Notes under the pieces: model-generated
Told to the model about the DNA's origin: nothing
The model's database searches: none
Seen by the model: the letters and a program-made list of their open reading frames with translations, nothing else
In this document: one piece after another, positions 46,076 through 56,000 of the stretch
Layout of the letters: every line of letters starts with the position of its first letter
Numbering within the stretch: position 1 is the first letter of the stretch
From: Nitrospirota bacterium
GTDB lineage: Bacteria; Nitrospirota; Thermodesulfovibrionia; UBA6902
Assembly: GCA_016222905.1 (NCBI GenBank)
Contig: JACRPZ010000005.1
Coordinates: forward strand, 66,346 to 130,345
Direction of reading: 5' to 3'
Length of the DNA: 64,000 nucleotides
Position numbers and translations under genes: made by a program

Positions 46076-48766
46076 ATGTCTCTTCGAAGATACCTGGCTT
46101 TTGGCATAGGAATAGCGATAACAGTATGGCTTGTGAGCATGTTAAGCCTGCTTCGCATGCCGGATGGACTCTTTTATGATAAGTTTGTAACCATTACTCC
46201 TGAAGTCACCAAGTCGTCGTCAAATATTCTTTTGGTAGAGGCTGATCTTGACCACAGAAGCGACGGGGATGAACTCTGGCTGAAACTCCTTGAGATACTT
46301 GAGAGAATGAAGCCGTCTCAGGTGGTTTTTACCTTTTTGCCAAAACATGCTTCCAAAGACTTTTATAATGCAGCCGTCAAATACGGAAATGTCATATTCG
46401 GACGCGAGATTATTTCCGATATCTACAACCCTGACAAATTTTTTCTTGAGCCGGTTCCTGCTATTGCGGATGAGAGCCGTATCAGGTTTGGTGTAGTCAG
46501 TCTGCCTGATGCGTCCCACGGCATTTACCGTCATTCACACAGTTCATTCAAGATAGACGGAGTTGAATATCCATCTCTTGAAGCCGTAGCATCCGGCGGA
46601 GACGCTAAAAAAGAGTCCGGATTTCCTGAGGAATACACTGTCAATTTCAACGGCAAGCTCAGCGGCCTTCCGAATGTTGGCATTAAGAGGGCGATGACAG
46701 GTGGAATAATTAAGGAACTGGTAAACGGGAAGGCTGTGGTTGTCGGTTTTGGGACATCCGGGACAATTCCGGGACTGCACACGCCGATTATATCAAACAA
46801 TAAGACCATGTCAATGCTCGAATTTCATGGTTATGCCATAGATACCCTGATGTCAAAAAGCTGGATTAAAACAGCAGGCCCGGGACTCAAATTCATATTG
46901 TTTATAGTTGTTGTTCTTATTAATCTGGCGGCTTACAAATTTTTAAATATCCGGCTCTCTTTTCTCTTTGCCTTTTCCATAGCTATATTGTCGTTTTATT
47001 TAATCCTCACATGGTTGGCGCTCTCATATTTTTTTGCATGGACGCCTTTGGTAGAAGTTTTAGCTGTTCAGATAGGGTTATCAATCTTCATCTTTACAAG
47101 AAAAGCGGTGCTTGAGGAAGAGGGCACAAAGAGGATGCTGATTGAGACATCAATCAAGCTGGAAAAAAGATTCTTGCCTGAAAGCTTTTATACTTCCGAA
47201 GAGTACTGGGCCCAGTTAATTGTTTTTGTCAGCCAGACCCTTCAGCTCAACAAGGTGATCTTTCTTGAAAAGGTTGAGGATGATCATCGTCTCAGGGAGG
47301 TCAAGTCCCTCAACTGCCTGCTGTCTGATATTTATGAGAGACGAAGGGATTATGAAAGAGAACCATACAGCACAGCCATAACAGAGAATAGTCCGGTGGA
47401 AGTGAAGAGGCCGTTTTTTAAAGATATAAAAGAGGGCGAGAGAGAGTTTGTCGTTCCGCTGATCTTTGCCAATGATGTTCTTGGTTTCTGGGCCTTCACC
47501 ATTGAGCCTTCAGTAGTGCCTGAACTCAGCGCCTTCATATCGGTTGTAAGGGATTACGCAGTCCAGATAAGCGAACTCCTTTATCAAAGACGTCAGAGAG
47601 AGTTAAAGAAACGCGAATTAACCGGCCTCAGGAAATTGCTGCGTCATGAAGTCGCCAGGGTCTTTTACAAGGAACTGAACGAGAATATGGCGCTTTTGGA
47701 GGAGAGGCTCATCTTGCTTGAGAAGATCCTTGACGATATGAATACAAGCACTATACTCTATGACCTCTTCGGCAGGGTCATCTATATCAACAAACAGATG
47801 TTTGAACTATTAAAGTCAGCGGGAATAGCACCTTACAATATGACAGCCCTTGATCTGGCGGTTAAATTAAGCGCTGTGGAGCCTGAAAGGGTCCGCCTGC
47901 TCCTGCAGAAGGTTGTGCTTGATCAGGAAGTGATGTCTCTCTCCGCATCGTTTGAGTCTGACCCGAACAAGGCATATATACTGTATGTCAAGCCCATAAT
48001 TTATGATGACAGCGGTATGACTTCCTCCAGGGCGCATCCTTTTCATGTTCTCGGCACCCTCTTTGATCTGGTTGATGTCAGCTACCTGAAGGCGCTCGAC
48101 CTGTTTAAAGAGACCCTCTTTAAAGACATGGATTACCGGCTCCGCAACCACATCGAGGCTATTGCGCTTGCAGCTTCCCTGTTAAGCCATGAAGCCCTGC
48201 CTGACGCACAGCGGAAGCTCGCTATCGGGATGCTGAATGATAAAGTTAACGCTGTAAATGATTTCCTTAAAGAGATACAGGATTATCTTGCAAAAGATAT
48301 CTTCATCAATGAACTGGAGCTTTATCCTGTGGATATAAGGAAGCCTGCGATAGCCGGGGTGGAAGAGCTCTCGGAAGAGGCCGGACTCCGCAAGATACAA
48401 TTAGACCTGAAAGTTCCTGATCTCGTATGCATGGTATTTGCATCTCCTAAATTAAAAGAGGTTATCATGAGTCTGCTTAAGATCATAATGAATGATTCGG
48501 TTGAAGACGGCAAAGTTGCAATAATATTGGAAGAGACGTCGGATTGGGTCATCTGTACATTCTCCAATACAGGCCTCGGAATGCCGGCGGAGCTTTTCCA
48601 TAAATACATCTACTCGGATACCGAAGAGATAAGTTCAGGCGAACTGAAGAAATTGCGTGCGATGATCAAGCAGGTTAAGCAGTGGGGGGGAGAGCTCGAA
48701 GCATCAAGCGATATAGGAGTTGGGATGCGCTTTATTATGCGGCTTAAGAGGGCGGCTAACGACTGA
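46076..48766 (+). CDS. Sensor histidine kinase-like protein with CHASE2-type N-terminal sensor
   Basis: 896 aa. A TM helix, then an extracytoplasmic domain of about 230 aa, then 3 TM helices (CHASE2 layout). These are followed by GAF/PAS-like regions, a possible H-box (RLRNHIEAIALAA) and an HATPase end (FSNTGLGMP...GVGMRF). Confidence 0.6.
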   Translation: MSLRRYLAFGIGIAITVWLVSMLSLLRMPDGLFYDKFVTITPEVTKSSSNILLVEADLDHRSDGDELWLKLLEILERMKPSQVVFTFLPKHASKDFYNAAVKYGNVIFGREIISDIYNPDKFFLEPVPAIADESRIRFGVVSLPDASHGIYRHSHSSFKIDGVEYPSLEAVASGGDAKKESGFPEEYTVNFNGKLSGLPNVGIKRAMTGGIIKELVNGKAVVVGFGTSGTIPGLHTPIISNNKTMSMLEFHGYAIDTLMSKSWIKTAGPGLKFILFIVVVLINLAAYKFLNIRLSFLFAFSIAILSFYLILTWLALSYFFAWTPLVEVLAVQIGLSIFIFTRKAVLEEEGTKRMLIETSIKLEKRFLPESFYTSEEYWAQLIVFVSQTLQLNKVIFLEKVEDDHRLREVKSLNCLLSDIYERRRDYEREPYSTAITENSPVEVKRPFFKDIKEGEREFVVPLIFANDVLGFWAFTIEPSVVPELSAFISVVRDYAVQISELLYQRRQRELKKRELTGLRKLLRHEVARVFYKELNENMALLEERLILLEKILDDMNTSTILYDLFGRVIYINKQMFELLKSAGIAPYNMTALDLAVKLSAVEPERVRLLLQKVVLDQEVMSLSASFESDPNKAYILYVKPIIYDDSGMTSSRAHPFHVLGTLFDLVDVSYLKALDLFKETLFKDMDYRLRNHIEAIALAASLLSHEALPDAQRKLAIGMLNDKVNAVNDFLKEIQDYLAKDIFINELELYPVDIRKPAIAGVEELSEEAGLRKIQLDLKVPDLVCMVFASPKLKEVIMSLLKIIMNDSVEDGKVAIILEETSDWVICTFSNTGLGMPAELFHKYIYSDTEEISSGELKKLRAMIKQVKQWGGELEASSDIGVGMRFIMRLKRAAND

Positions 48767-48942
48767 TTTTTCATTTTTCATTTTTGTATTGACAAACACC
48801 ATATTAATGAAGTAGGCTTTCATCTAATGCCGTTTGTGAGATAAACCGAAACAAATTTTATCTGACTGCATATGAGCAGGTTGGTGATTGCTGATGAAGA
48901 TCAGACAAAAAACCGGAAAGAACAAATTGGCCCGGAATTTGC

Positions 48943-48966
48943 TCACTCACTCACTCACTCACTCAC
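48943..48966. repeat. (TCAC)6 tetranucleotide microsatellite
   Basis: Six perfect TCAC units, 98 nt upstream of the ATG at 49064, in the 297-nt spacer after the kinase gene. Confidence 0.95.
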
Positions 48967-49004
48967 TTTTTAAAACCTTACACGAACTTTTCCATTAACA
49001 ACCA

Positions 49005-49046
49005 AAGGGCGTCTTCTGTTAATTCAGGAGACGCCCTTTTTTATTT
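49005..49046 (+). terminator. Strong terminator-like hairpin immediately upstream of the 49064 RBS
   Basis: AAGGGCGTCT-N14-AGACGCCCTT followed by TTTTTTATTT. It ends 6 nt before the AGGAGG RBS, 239 nt after the kinase stop. Confidence 0.6.
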
Positions 49047-49063
49047 CAAACAGGAGGATGAAT

Positions 49064-50119
49064 ATGAAGAAAGCGATTGTTTTAATGATATGGATACTGC
49101 TGCTTAGCAGCAATCTTCCGGCAGAAGCCGGAGATTTTATCGTGGAGGGGAATGTAGGTATTGGCACAGATACCCCAGGCGCAACCCTTGATGTAAGAGG
49201 TTCGGCTGTTTTTAATGAGGATGGAGGCGATAATGATTTCAGGATTGAAGGTGATACAGCCCCCAATTTATTTGTTGTAGATGCCGGAAAAGATGCTTTT
49301 GGATTTGGAGAAGTTGCCGATTATAGTTATGGACTCACGAAATTCTCTTTTGTATCAAAGGATAAATATAATGCAATGACTTTTGGTGTAAGCCAGTCAA
49401 ATCCTGCTGGTCAGGCAAATGGAATGTTATTTGACTTGGGCAGAACAGGCAGCGCTGATGTAACTAACGATACAATAGGAATCAAGTTTGGTTTGGGTTT
49501 ATGGGGTTCCGGAAATATTTCCGCCGGTCAATTAACTCCTTTTTTGACAGTGATTAAATTTGGATCTACCGTTGCCGGAACATCAACTGTTAACACAATG
49601 GAAACCTCAAATTTCGCGGCGAGGTGGCGGGCATTAAATAATTCAAGGACCTGGAATATAACCTCTGTTGCTTCTGATTATTTAAGTATAGGACAAGATG
49701 CGAATACCGGCACAGGCGGGATAAATTTTTCAGATTTCAGGCATTTCTATGCTCAAGACAGTGCGCAAGGGACATTCACTCAACAAACCGGTTTATGGAT
49801 AGACAAACAAACAAAGGGCACAACCAAAAATGGCATAGTCCTAAATGGCGACGGGATAGGCGCTGATTTGGTTTTAGGAGCCAGCAAAGAGACGAGATTA
49901 TATGGAAGCTCAGGGAATCTTATAGTTAATACTGCGGGTAAAGTGGGCATTGGGACGACAACCACGCCAACGGAAAAACTGGAAGTTAACGGGGCCGTCA
50001 AGGTGGCGGGTACCACGTCACAGTGCGACCAATCTAATGCTGGAACAATAAAATTTGATAACGTAACCTCTAACTTCTTTGGTTGTAATGGAACTGCATG
50101 GGTACAATTGAATAATTAA
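49064..50119 (+). CDS. Secreted protein with tail-fibre-like G-x-V-G-I-G-T motifs
   Basis: The ATG at 49064 lies 6 nt after AGGAGG and is followed by a signal peptide. GNVGIGTDTPGATLDVRG lies near the N-terminus and GKVGIGTTTTPTEKLEVNG near the C-terminus. The protein ends with a C..AGTIKFD..FFGCNGTAWVQL motif. Confidence 0.5.
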   Translation: MKKAIVLMIWILLLSSNLPAEAGDFIVEGNVGIGTDTPGATLDVRGSAVFNEDGGDNDFRIEGDTAPNLFVVDAGKDAFGFGEVADYSYGLTKFSFVSKDKYNAMTFGVSQSNPAGQANGMLFDLGRTGSADVTNDTIGIKFGLGLWGSGNISAGQLTPFLTVIKFGSTVAGTSTVNTMETSNFAARWRALNNSRTWNITSVASDYLSIGQDANTGTGGINFSDFRHFYAQDSAQGTFTQQTGLWIDKQTKGTTKNGIVLNGDGIGADLVLGASKETRLYGSSGNLIVNTAGKVGIGTTTTPTEKLEVNGAVKVAGTTSQCDQSNAGTIKFDNVTSNFFGCNGTAWVQLNN

Positions 50120-50208
50120 AGATCATATGGCAAGCGGCTTCCTTTAAAAGTGTTTAAGAGAGAAGAAATGAAATGCAATATGTATAAAAGATTGTTTTAT
50201 AGAAATTT

Positions 50209-51339
50209 ATGAGAAAAATAACCTGTGCATTAATCTTATGTATCTTCTTCATCTTACCCTCCTTAACCAGCGGAGACTCTGTTGACTACAGCTATGATGA
50301 TAACGGCAGACTTGTAAGAACAAGCAACGCAGACAATATCCGTGTCCTCTACCAATATGACGAGGTAGGCAATCTTATATCCATTTTCAAAGAGACCTCA
50401 ACACCGCAAGCCGTGCCCCCTGTGCTCCAAAGCATAGACCCTGATATCTTTCTTATCGGCAATAATTATAATGTCGTTATAACAGGACAGAATCTTCTGA
50501 CAACAAGCAGTGTTACATCAGATAATCCCGATATCTCCATCAAGTTTATCGAATCCATAGATACAAAGATTATTGCGCTTTTATCAATAGCAGGGACAGC
50601 CTCCCCCGGACAGGCTAACATAACAGTTACTACATCATATGGCTCTGTGAGCATGTCAATTAACCTCTACCGGGCAAATATTTCACCTGATTCGATCGCA
50701 TTATTTCCCATATTCACAGCGTCCTTGTCTGTCAGCCTCACTCCTTCAGCGCTGACGGATGTAACCGTATCAATAGAGAATAAAAACCCTGACGTTATAG
50801 ATACACCCTTTTCTGTCACCATTCCTGCAGGGGGAGCCGCTGATTTTACAGTAACAGCGCTTAGTGGAGGCACAGGCATAATTAAAATAGCAACCGCAGA
50901 AGCAACTGTTTTTGTTATTGGCGATGACTCTCCAATACGGTCTATGCCGGTAAGCGTTTCTATGGGACATATGCCTGACGGCTCTATCTTATTTTCTCAT
51001 CAGGTCAGCGTTGAATGGTACGCCGTCGTAAACGCAACAATATTATCCATTCCTGTAAGCGTTGCGCGTATATGTCCGAATCCTCCGGTAAGGATCGCCG
51101 GCAGATCCTCTTACTCAACGCTTCAGGATGCGTATGATGCTGCACTGAACGGAGATATTATACAGGCTCAAAAAGGACCATTTACTGGAACCCTTAACAT
51201 CAATCGTGACATATCGGTTACTCTGCACGGAGGTTATGATTGTGATTTTACGGCTATCAGTAGCAAGACAATGCTAATAGGACATATGACAAAAAGCAGC
51301 GGCACATTTAAGATTGGAAACTTTATATTGAAGAACTAA
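50209..51339 (+). CDS. Secreted protein: YD repeats + IPT/Ig-like domains + beta-helix-like C-terminus
   Basis: 376 aa. Signal peptide, VDYSYDDNGRLVRT / YQYDEVGNLISI, an IPT-like segment (PVLQSIDPDIFLIGNNYNVVITGQNL) and C-terminal YSTLQDAYDAALNGDIIQAQKG. Confidence 0.5.
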   Translation: MRKITCALILCIFFILPSLTSGDSVDYSYDDNGRLVRTSNADNIRVLYQYDEVGNLISIFKETSTPQAVPPVLQSIDPDIFLIGNNYNVVITGQNLLTTSSVTSDNPDISIKFIESIDTKIIALLSIAGTASPGQANITVTTSYGSVSMSINLYRANISPDSIALFPIFTASLSVSLTPSALTDVTVSIENKNPDVIDTPFSVTIPAGGAADFTVTALSGGTGIIKIATAEATVFVIGDDSPIRSMPVSVSMGHMPDGSILFSHQVSVEWYAVVNATILSIPVSVARICPNPPVRIAGRSSYSTLQDAYDAALNGDIIQAQKGPFTGTLNINRDISVTLHGGYDCDFTAISSKTMLIGHMTKSSGTFKIGNFILKN

Positions 51340-51388
51340 GGTGTCATTAAATTGATGATAAATATAAAAACTCAAATAGGGAGGTCAT

Positions 51389-52852
51389 ATGAAAAGAGTG
51401 TTTTTTTCTAAGATAATCACCCTGAACTTGATTCAGAGTCTTGTTTTGACGCTATTTCTTACGGGCAATACCTATGCTGCCTTTGACAGCGGCAGCACAG
51501 GCGCAGATGGCGCATTTAACCCAACAGCACACACCGAAGTTACACTTCCGGCAGACGGCAAATTGAATTACACATCTGTAAATATCCCAACTGGTGTTAC
51601 AGTCACATTTAAAAGGAATTCCACTAATACACCTGTATATGTCCTTGCAACAGGAGATGTAACAATAGCAGGGACTATAAACTTAAATGGCACAAATGCA
51701 AACGGCAGATTTCATGGGAAAGGCGGGCCCGGTGGATTTGACGGAGGGTTTGGAGGCACGCCGGTTGATGGCGGCATCCCTGCTTCACCGGGCGGCAAAG
51801 GACTTGGCACAGGGGGAGGAAACCCGGGATCATCCGCTTCAACTAATCCAGTTCAATATGGCGTAGGAGGAGGTGGAGGAGGTGGTGGTTTTGCTTCTAA
51901 CGGCTCTGATGGCGCAGGCAATTCAACATATGCGCCGGGAGGCAGTGGAGGAGGAAGTTATGGGAACATAAATATCCTTCCCATGATTGGAGGCGCCGGC
52001 GGAGGAGGCGGTGCAGGCTCTGCTGCTGAAAATCTCAAAAATTCGGGCGGTGCAGGAGGCGGTGGCGGTGGCGCAATATTAATCGCTTCATCAAGTGTTA
52101 TTACAGTATCAGGCTCAATAACAGCCAATGGAGGAAAAGGTGGTGATGGCACCCCAGCTATAGTTTATGCAGGCGGTGGAGGAGGAGGCAGCGGTGGAGC
52201 TGTAAAACTCATGGCTGATACCATAACAGGCGATGGCATAATCTCTGCAATCGCGGGGACAGGAGGTAATGGCTACAGTGTTGGCGGCGCTGGCGGAAGC
52301 GGCAGGATCCGCCTTGAGGCAACAAATCCAGTAACAGGGACAATATCAACCTCGACAACGCCTCTATTCTCATATGGATATCCGGGGACTGTTTTTGTAA
52401 CAAATATTCCTACTCTTTCCATCACCAGAATCGGCGGGATAGATGTGCCTGCAAATCCAACAGGCTCATATGCGCAACCTGATATAACGCTTCCGGGCAC
52501 AACTCAAAACCCTGTAACTGTAAATATCTCTGCAACAAATATTCGAACAGGCACAACTGTTACAGTTACCTCAATCCCGGAGTATGGCAACTCAACTAAT
52601 GCAGCCGGAGCTCTCAGCGGTACAGACGCGTCATCAACGGCTTCTGTCTCTATAACACTTTCAACATCATATCAGAGCATACTGACTGCTACTGCTACAT
52701 TCACCATTCAGACAGCGATGTATTGGGACGGTGAGAAGATAGAAAAGGTCAGGGTGGCTGCAACAGCGGGCAAAGGCTCAGAGGCTTTTTATATAACAGA
52801 ATCAGGAAAGGAAATAAAGGCAGGAGAGCTGATGGCAAAGCTCATGAAATGA
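51389..52852 (+). CDS. Secreted glycine-rich repeat protein
   Basis: 487 aa. Signal peptide and long GGxGGGGG / GG(A/S)GG tracts suggesting a beta-helical or beta-roll surface protein. No family recognised. Confidence 0.45.
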   Translation: MKRVFFSKIITLNLIQSLVLTLFLTGNTYAAFDSGSTGADGAFNPTAHTEVTLPADGKLNYTSVNIPTGVTVTFKRNSTNTPVYVLATGDVTIAGTINLNGTNANGRFHGKGGPGGFDGGFGGTPVDGGIPASPGGKGLGTGGGNPGSSASTNPVQYGVGGGGGGGGFASNGSDGAGNSTYAPGGSGGGSYGNINILPMIGGAGGGGGAGSAAENLKNSGGAGGGGGGAILIASSSVITVSGSITANGGKGGDGTPAIVYAGGGGGGSGGAVKLMADTITGDGIISAIAGTGGNGYSVGGAGGSGRIRLEATNPVTGTISTSTTPLFSYGYPGTVFVTNIPTLSITRIGGIDVPANPTGSYAQPDITLPGTTQNPVTVNISATNIRTGTTVTVTSIPEYGNSTNAAGALSGTDASSTASVSITLSTSYQSILTATATFTIQTAMYWDGEKIEKVRVAATAGKGSEAFYITESGKEIKAGELMAKLMK

Positions 52853-52863
52853 AAGTTTAATCC

Positions 52864-53054
52864 AAATAATGCAGACATTGCTCAAAAATTTATTTAACTC
52901 GATGAATTTATTAATGAACGGCTCAGCAGTAAGCTGCGAAATATCCAAGCCGTCATTCCGGCTTGTCCGGAATCTTTCGTCAAAAAGGTATCGAAAAATA
53001 AAATTTCTCGCAACATCTGCATTATTTCAAAGCAACATCTGCATTATTTCAAAG
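52864..53054. mobile_element. MITE-like element, copy B, with duplicated right end
   Basis: Left end AAATAATGCAGACATTG (52864-52880) matches the reverse complement of the right end AAATAATGCAGATGTTG at 15/17. The 22-bp right end CAACATCTGCATTATTTCAAAG is present twice in tandem (53011-53032, 53033-53054). Internal hairpin GTCATTCCGGCTTGTCCGGAATC. The 5' 50 nt align with copy A. Confidence 0.6.
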
Positions 53055-53096
53055 ACATTTTTGGGTCAACTGCACGCTGTCTGCAAGGGAGATTAT

Positions 53097-56000
53097 ATGA
53101 AAAGATTAATGCCTTTATTCTTAATTGTCGTTCTATCCGCATTCGCTGGTTCCGCATCTGCTTATGACATCCGGATAAATGCGAATATCCCCCTTGCGGA
53201 CAAAATCTCAGGCATCTCAATAAACCCTGACGCAGGAACAGCCCTTGCCGCAGGCAAAGAGACAAAAACCCTCTATCTGATTGATACGCTGACAAATGCT
53301 GTTATAAAAAAAATCCCTCTTGATGCAGTTCCTTCCGGTGTTGCTGTTTATGAAAAGAAAAACTATGCTGTTGTCTCCTCTAAGGATGGGGCGCTATATT
53401 TTATTGATCTCGTGACAGGAAATCCTGTCAAAACAATCAATACAGGCCGGACTATTCATGCTATTGCCATTAATAAAGATAGCGATATGCTCTACATTGG
53501 AAATAGCAATAGCCTCGTGGCAATGGACTTAACTATAGAGAAGACCGTCAAAGAATTGGTGTTAATGGAAGGAATGGGCGAATTATCAATCTATAATTCT
53601 GAGACATTACAGCCTTTTACAGAAATAAAAATCTGTAGTTCAACTCTAAACTCAGAACCCGGAACTCGCAACTGCAATCTTGCAGGAGTTTCAGTTAACC
53701 AATCAACACACATTGCGGTTCTCACAAACAATTCAGACAACAGCATCTCAATCATTTCCCTTGAAAATAAGACAGTATTGGATACAGTTCCTCTTAATTC
53801 CCCTCTATCAAGAGGTGTCTTCCCCACTTTGGAAAAGGGGGGCGAGGGGGGATTTTCAGTTGAAAATCCGGGAGCAATTGCAATAGACCCTGTGACTAAC
53901 ACAGCCCTGATAAGTCACACAAACGGCATCGCAGTGGTTAAGCTTGAAAACCCGGTGCCTTTAATTCATACGCTCATACCTGAATTCAGCAGGGTCGGCG
54001 ACGCCGGTTTTACACTTTCAATAAAAGGAGAAAAATTTGTAAAAGAGACAAAAGCAAGATTTAACCGGAAGGAGCTGGAAACAAAACCTCTGGACAATTT
54101 CAGCCTTCAGGCAGATGTTCCGTCGTCGGAACTGCAGGCGCCGCGTAATGTTGATGTAACAGTAGTTAATCCATCACCCGGCGGAGGGCCGTCAAATAAA
54201 CTCAGTTTCAGGATTTACAATCCCATGCCCGCTTTAGAATATATATCCCCAGATACAATACTTTTAACCTCGAATAACGAACTCCGATCCTTGTCCCCGC
54301 AATCTTTAAGCGGGGATCTGAACTCCGAACTCGTAACTACCTTCAGGGTATATGGCAAAGGTTTCTTACCTGTATCGGGTATAAATCTTAACGGCCAAGA
54401 CCTCAAAACCAGATTTATAAGCAGTATCCTTCTTGAGGCAGAGATAAAGCCAGCAGACATAGAGTCTCCTGGGAAGTATATGGTTGTTGTCATAAATCCT
54501 TCACCGGGCACATTTACCTCCAATGCCGTTTATCTCAATGTTGTTAAAGATGCAACGGATCTTCAAGGTGAAGAAACCCAAACACCTGCTTTGGGGCAGG
54601 CGCAATCAACTCAGAAAAAAGATGCTGCCGGAACACTCAAAGGAAGAATTTTAAATACCAATAAAGAGCCTGTTGAAGGCGTGACAGTCAAAACAAAGAA
54701 TATCTCTGCTGTCACGGATTCCAATGGATATTTTACCCTTGAGAATGTGCCTTCAGGCAGACGGCATCTAATGGTACACGGCTCTACCGTAAAGGATGCA
54801 GGCAGTCATTACCCGACAATCCCTCTCACAATAGACATTCAGGCAGGCATGATAAACGAGATGCCTTTCCAGATCTACCTTCACCGGCAGAAGAACTATA
54901 ACTTTAAGGACATAAATCCTGATGAAGATACCGTTCTCACTGACCCTGAGGTGCCGGGCTTTGAGATAAAAATTCCAAAAGGCATAAAGATTACAGGATG
55001 GGACGGCAAGCCCAATAAAAAAGTTTCGGTAAGGACCGTGCCTGCAGACAGGCTTCCTGTAAAGCCCCTTCCGTCAAACGCAAATGTGCGGACAGTCTAT
55101 ATGTTCTATTTTGATAAAGAGGGCGGCGGCATACCTGACGAGCCTATCGCGATTAAGTCCAGGAACGACCTCGGCCTTCTGCCAGGGGAGAAGGCGGTGC
55201 TCTGGTATTATGACGAGTCACCAAATGAGGGAGAGGCGCCGAATGACTGGGCCATAGCAGGCACAGGCACAGTCACTCCTGACGGGAAATATATAGTCTC
55301 CGACCTCGGCGTAGGCATTCCCAAATTCTGCTGCGGCGCGACAGCATGGGGAGGGTCAGGGAGTGGCGGGGACGGCAGCGGTGGAGACGGAGACAGCGGC
55401 GGCGGAAGTGGTGGCGCTGGAGGAGATGATGGCGGAAATAATAAGCCCCCTGACCCATGTGGCAATGCAGGCGATCCGGTTAACCTTGCAACAGGATATT
55501 TCATCCATTCAAAAACAGACCTGCATATACCGGGCATTATCCCTGTGAATATAACAAGGTATTACAGAAGCGGCGTCACCGGACTGGGCGCATTCGGCAT
55601 AGGAACATATTTTGAATACGATTGGTGGCTTGGGGCTTATGGCGCTGACGGGCAGCTTAATGATACCAATCCAACTATGCTTTTGCTTATCAAGCCAGGG
55701 AATTTTCAATACAGATTTACAGACCCTGACGGCGATGGAACATTTACCAATACAACCGACTCTGCATTTAGCGGCGTCACAGTTTCTTATGATTCTTTTT
55801 ATGAGACAAGAACTCTCAGAATGAGGGATGGGATACAGTACAAGTTTATTTACTCAGAAAAGTACAATGGAGAATTGATGGAGATAGCGGACAGAAACGG
55901 GAATAAACTCAACTTCACAAGGCAGCCGAGACCGGAATCCGGAGATGACGCAGGCGGATATTTAACTGGAATAACCACATCGGAGGGAAGAACAATTACA

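Noticed and set aside
49064-50119. Tail-fibre-like motifs, considered as evidence of a prophage.
   Set aside because: No capsid, terminase, portal, baseplate, integrase or lysis genes are nearby. The protein has a Sec signal peptide and sits in a secreted-protein/Rhs operon.
53011-53054. 22-bp direct repeat pair, considered as a minimal CRISPR array.
   Set aside because: The two units are contiguous with no spacer, and they form the end of a MITE-like element. No cas genes are in the window.
52869-53096. 76-codon N-terminal extension of the rhs ORF in the ORF track.
   Set aside because: The ATG at 52869 lies inside the inverted repeat of the MITE-like element, and the extension is translated repeat DNA. 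The ATG at 53097 has an AAGGGAG RBS and gives a canonical signal peptide.
55345-55440. GGN-rich nucleotide repeats here and at 60410-60535, considered as possible microsatellites or CRISPR-like repeats.
   Set aside because: They are in-frame Gly/Asp/Ser linker coding sequence shared by both rhs copies. They are irregular in period and lack a spacer-repeat architecture.
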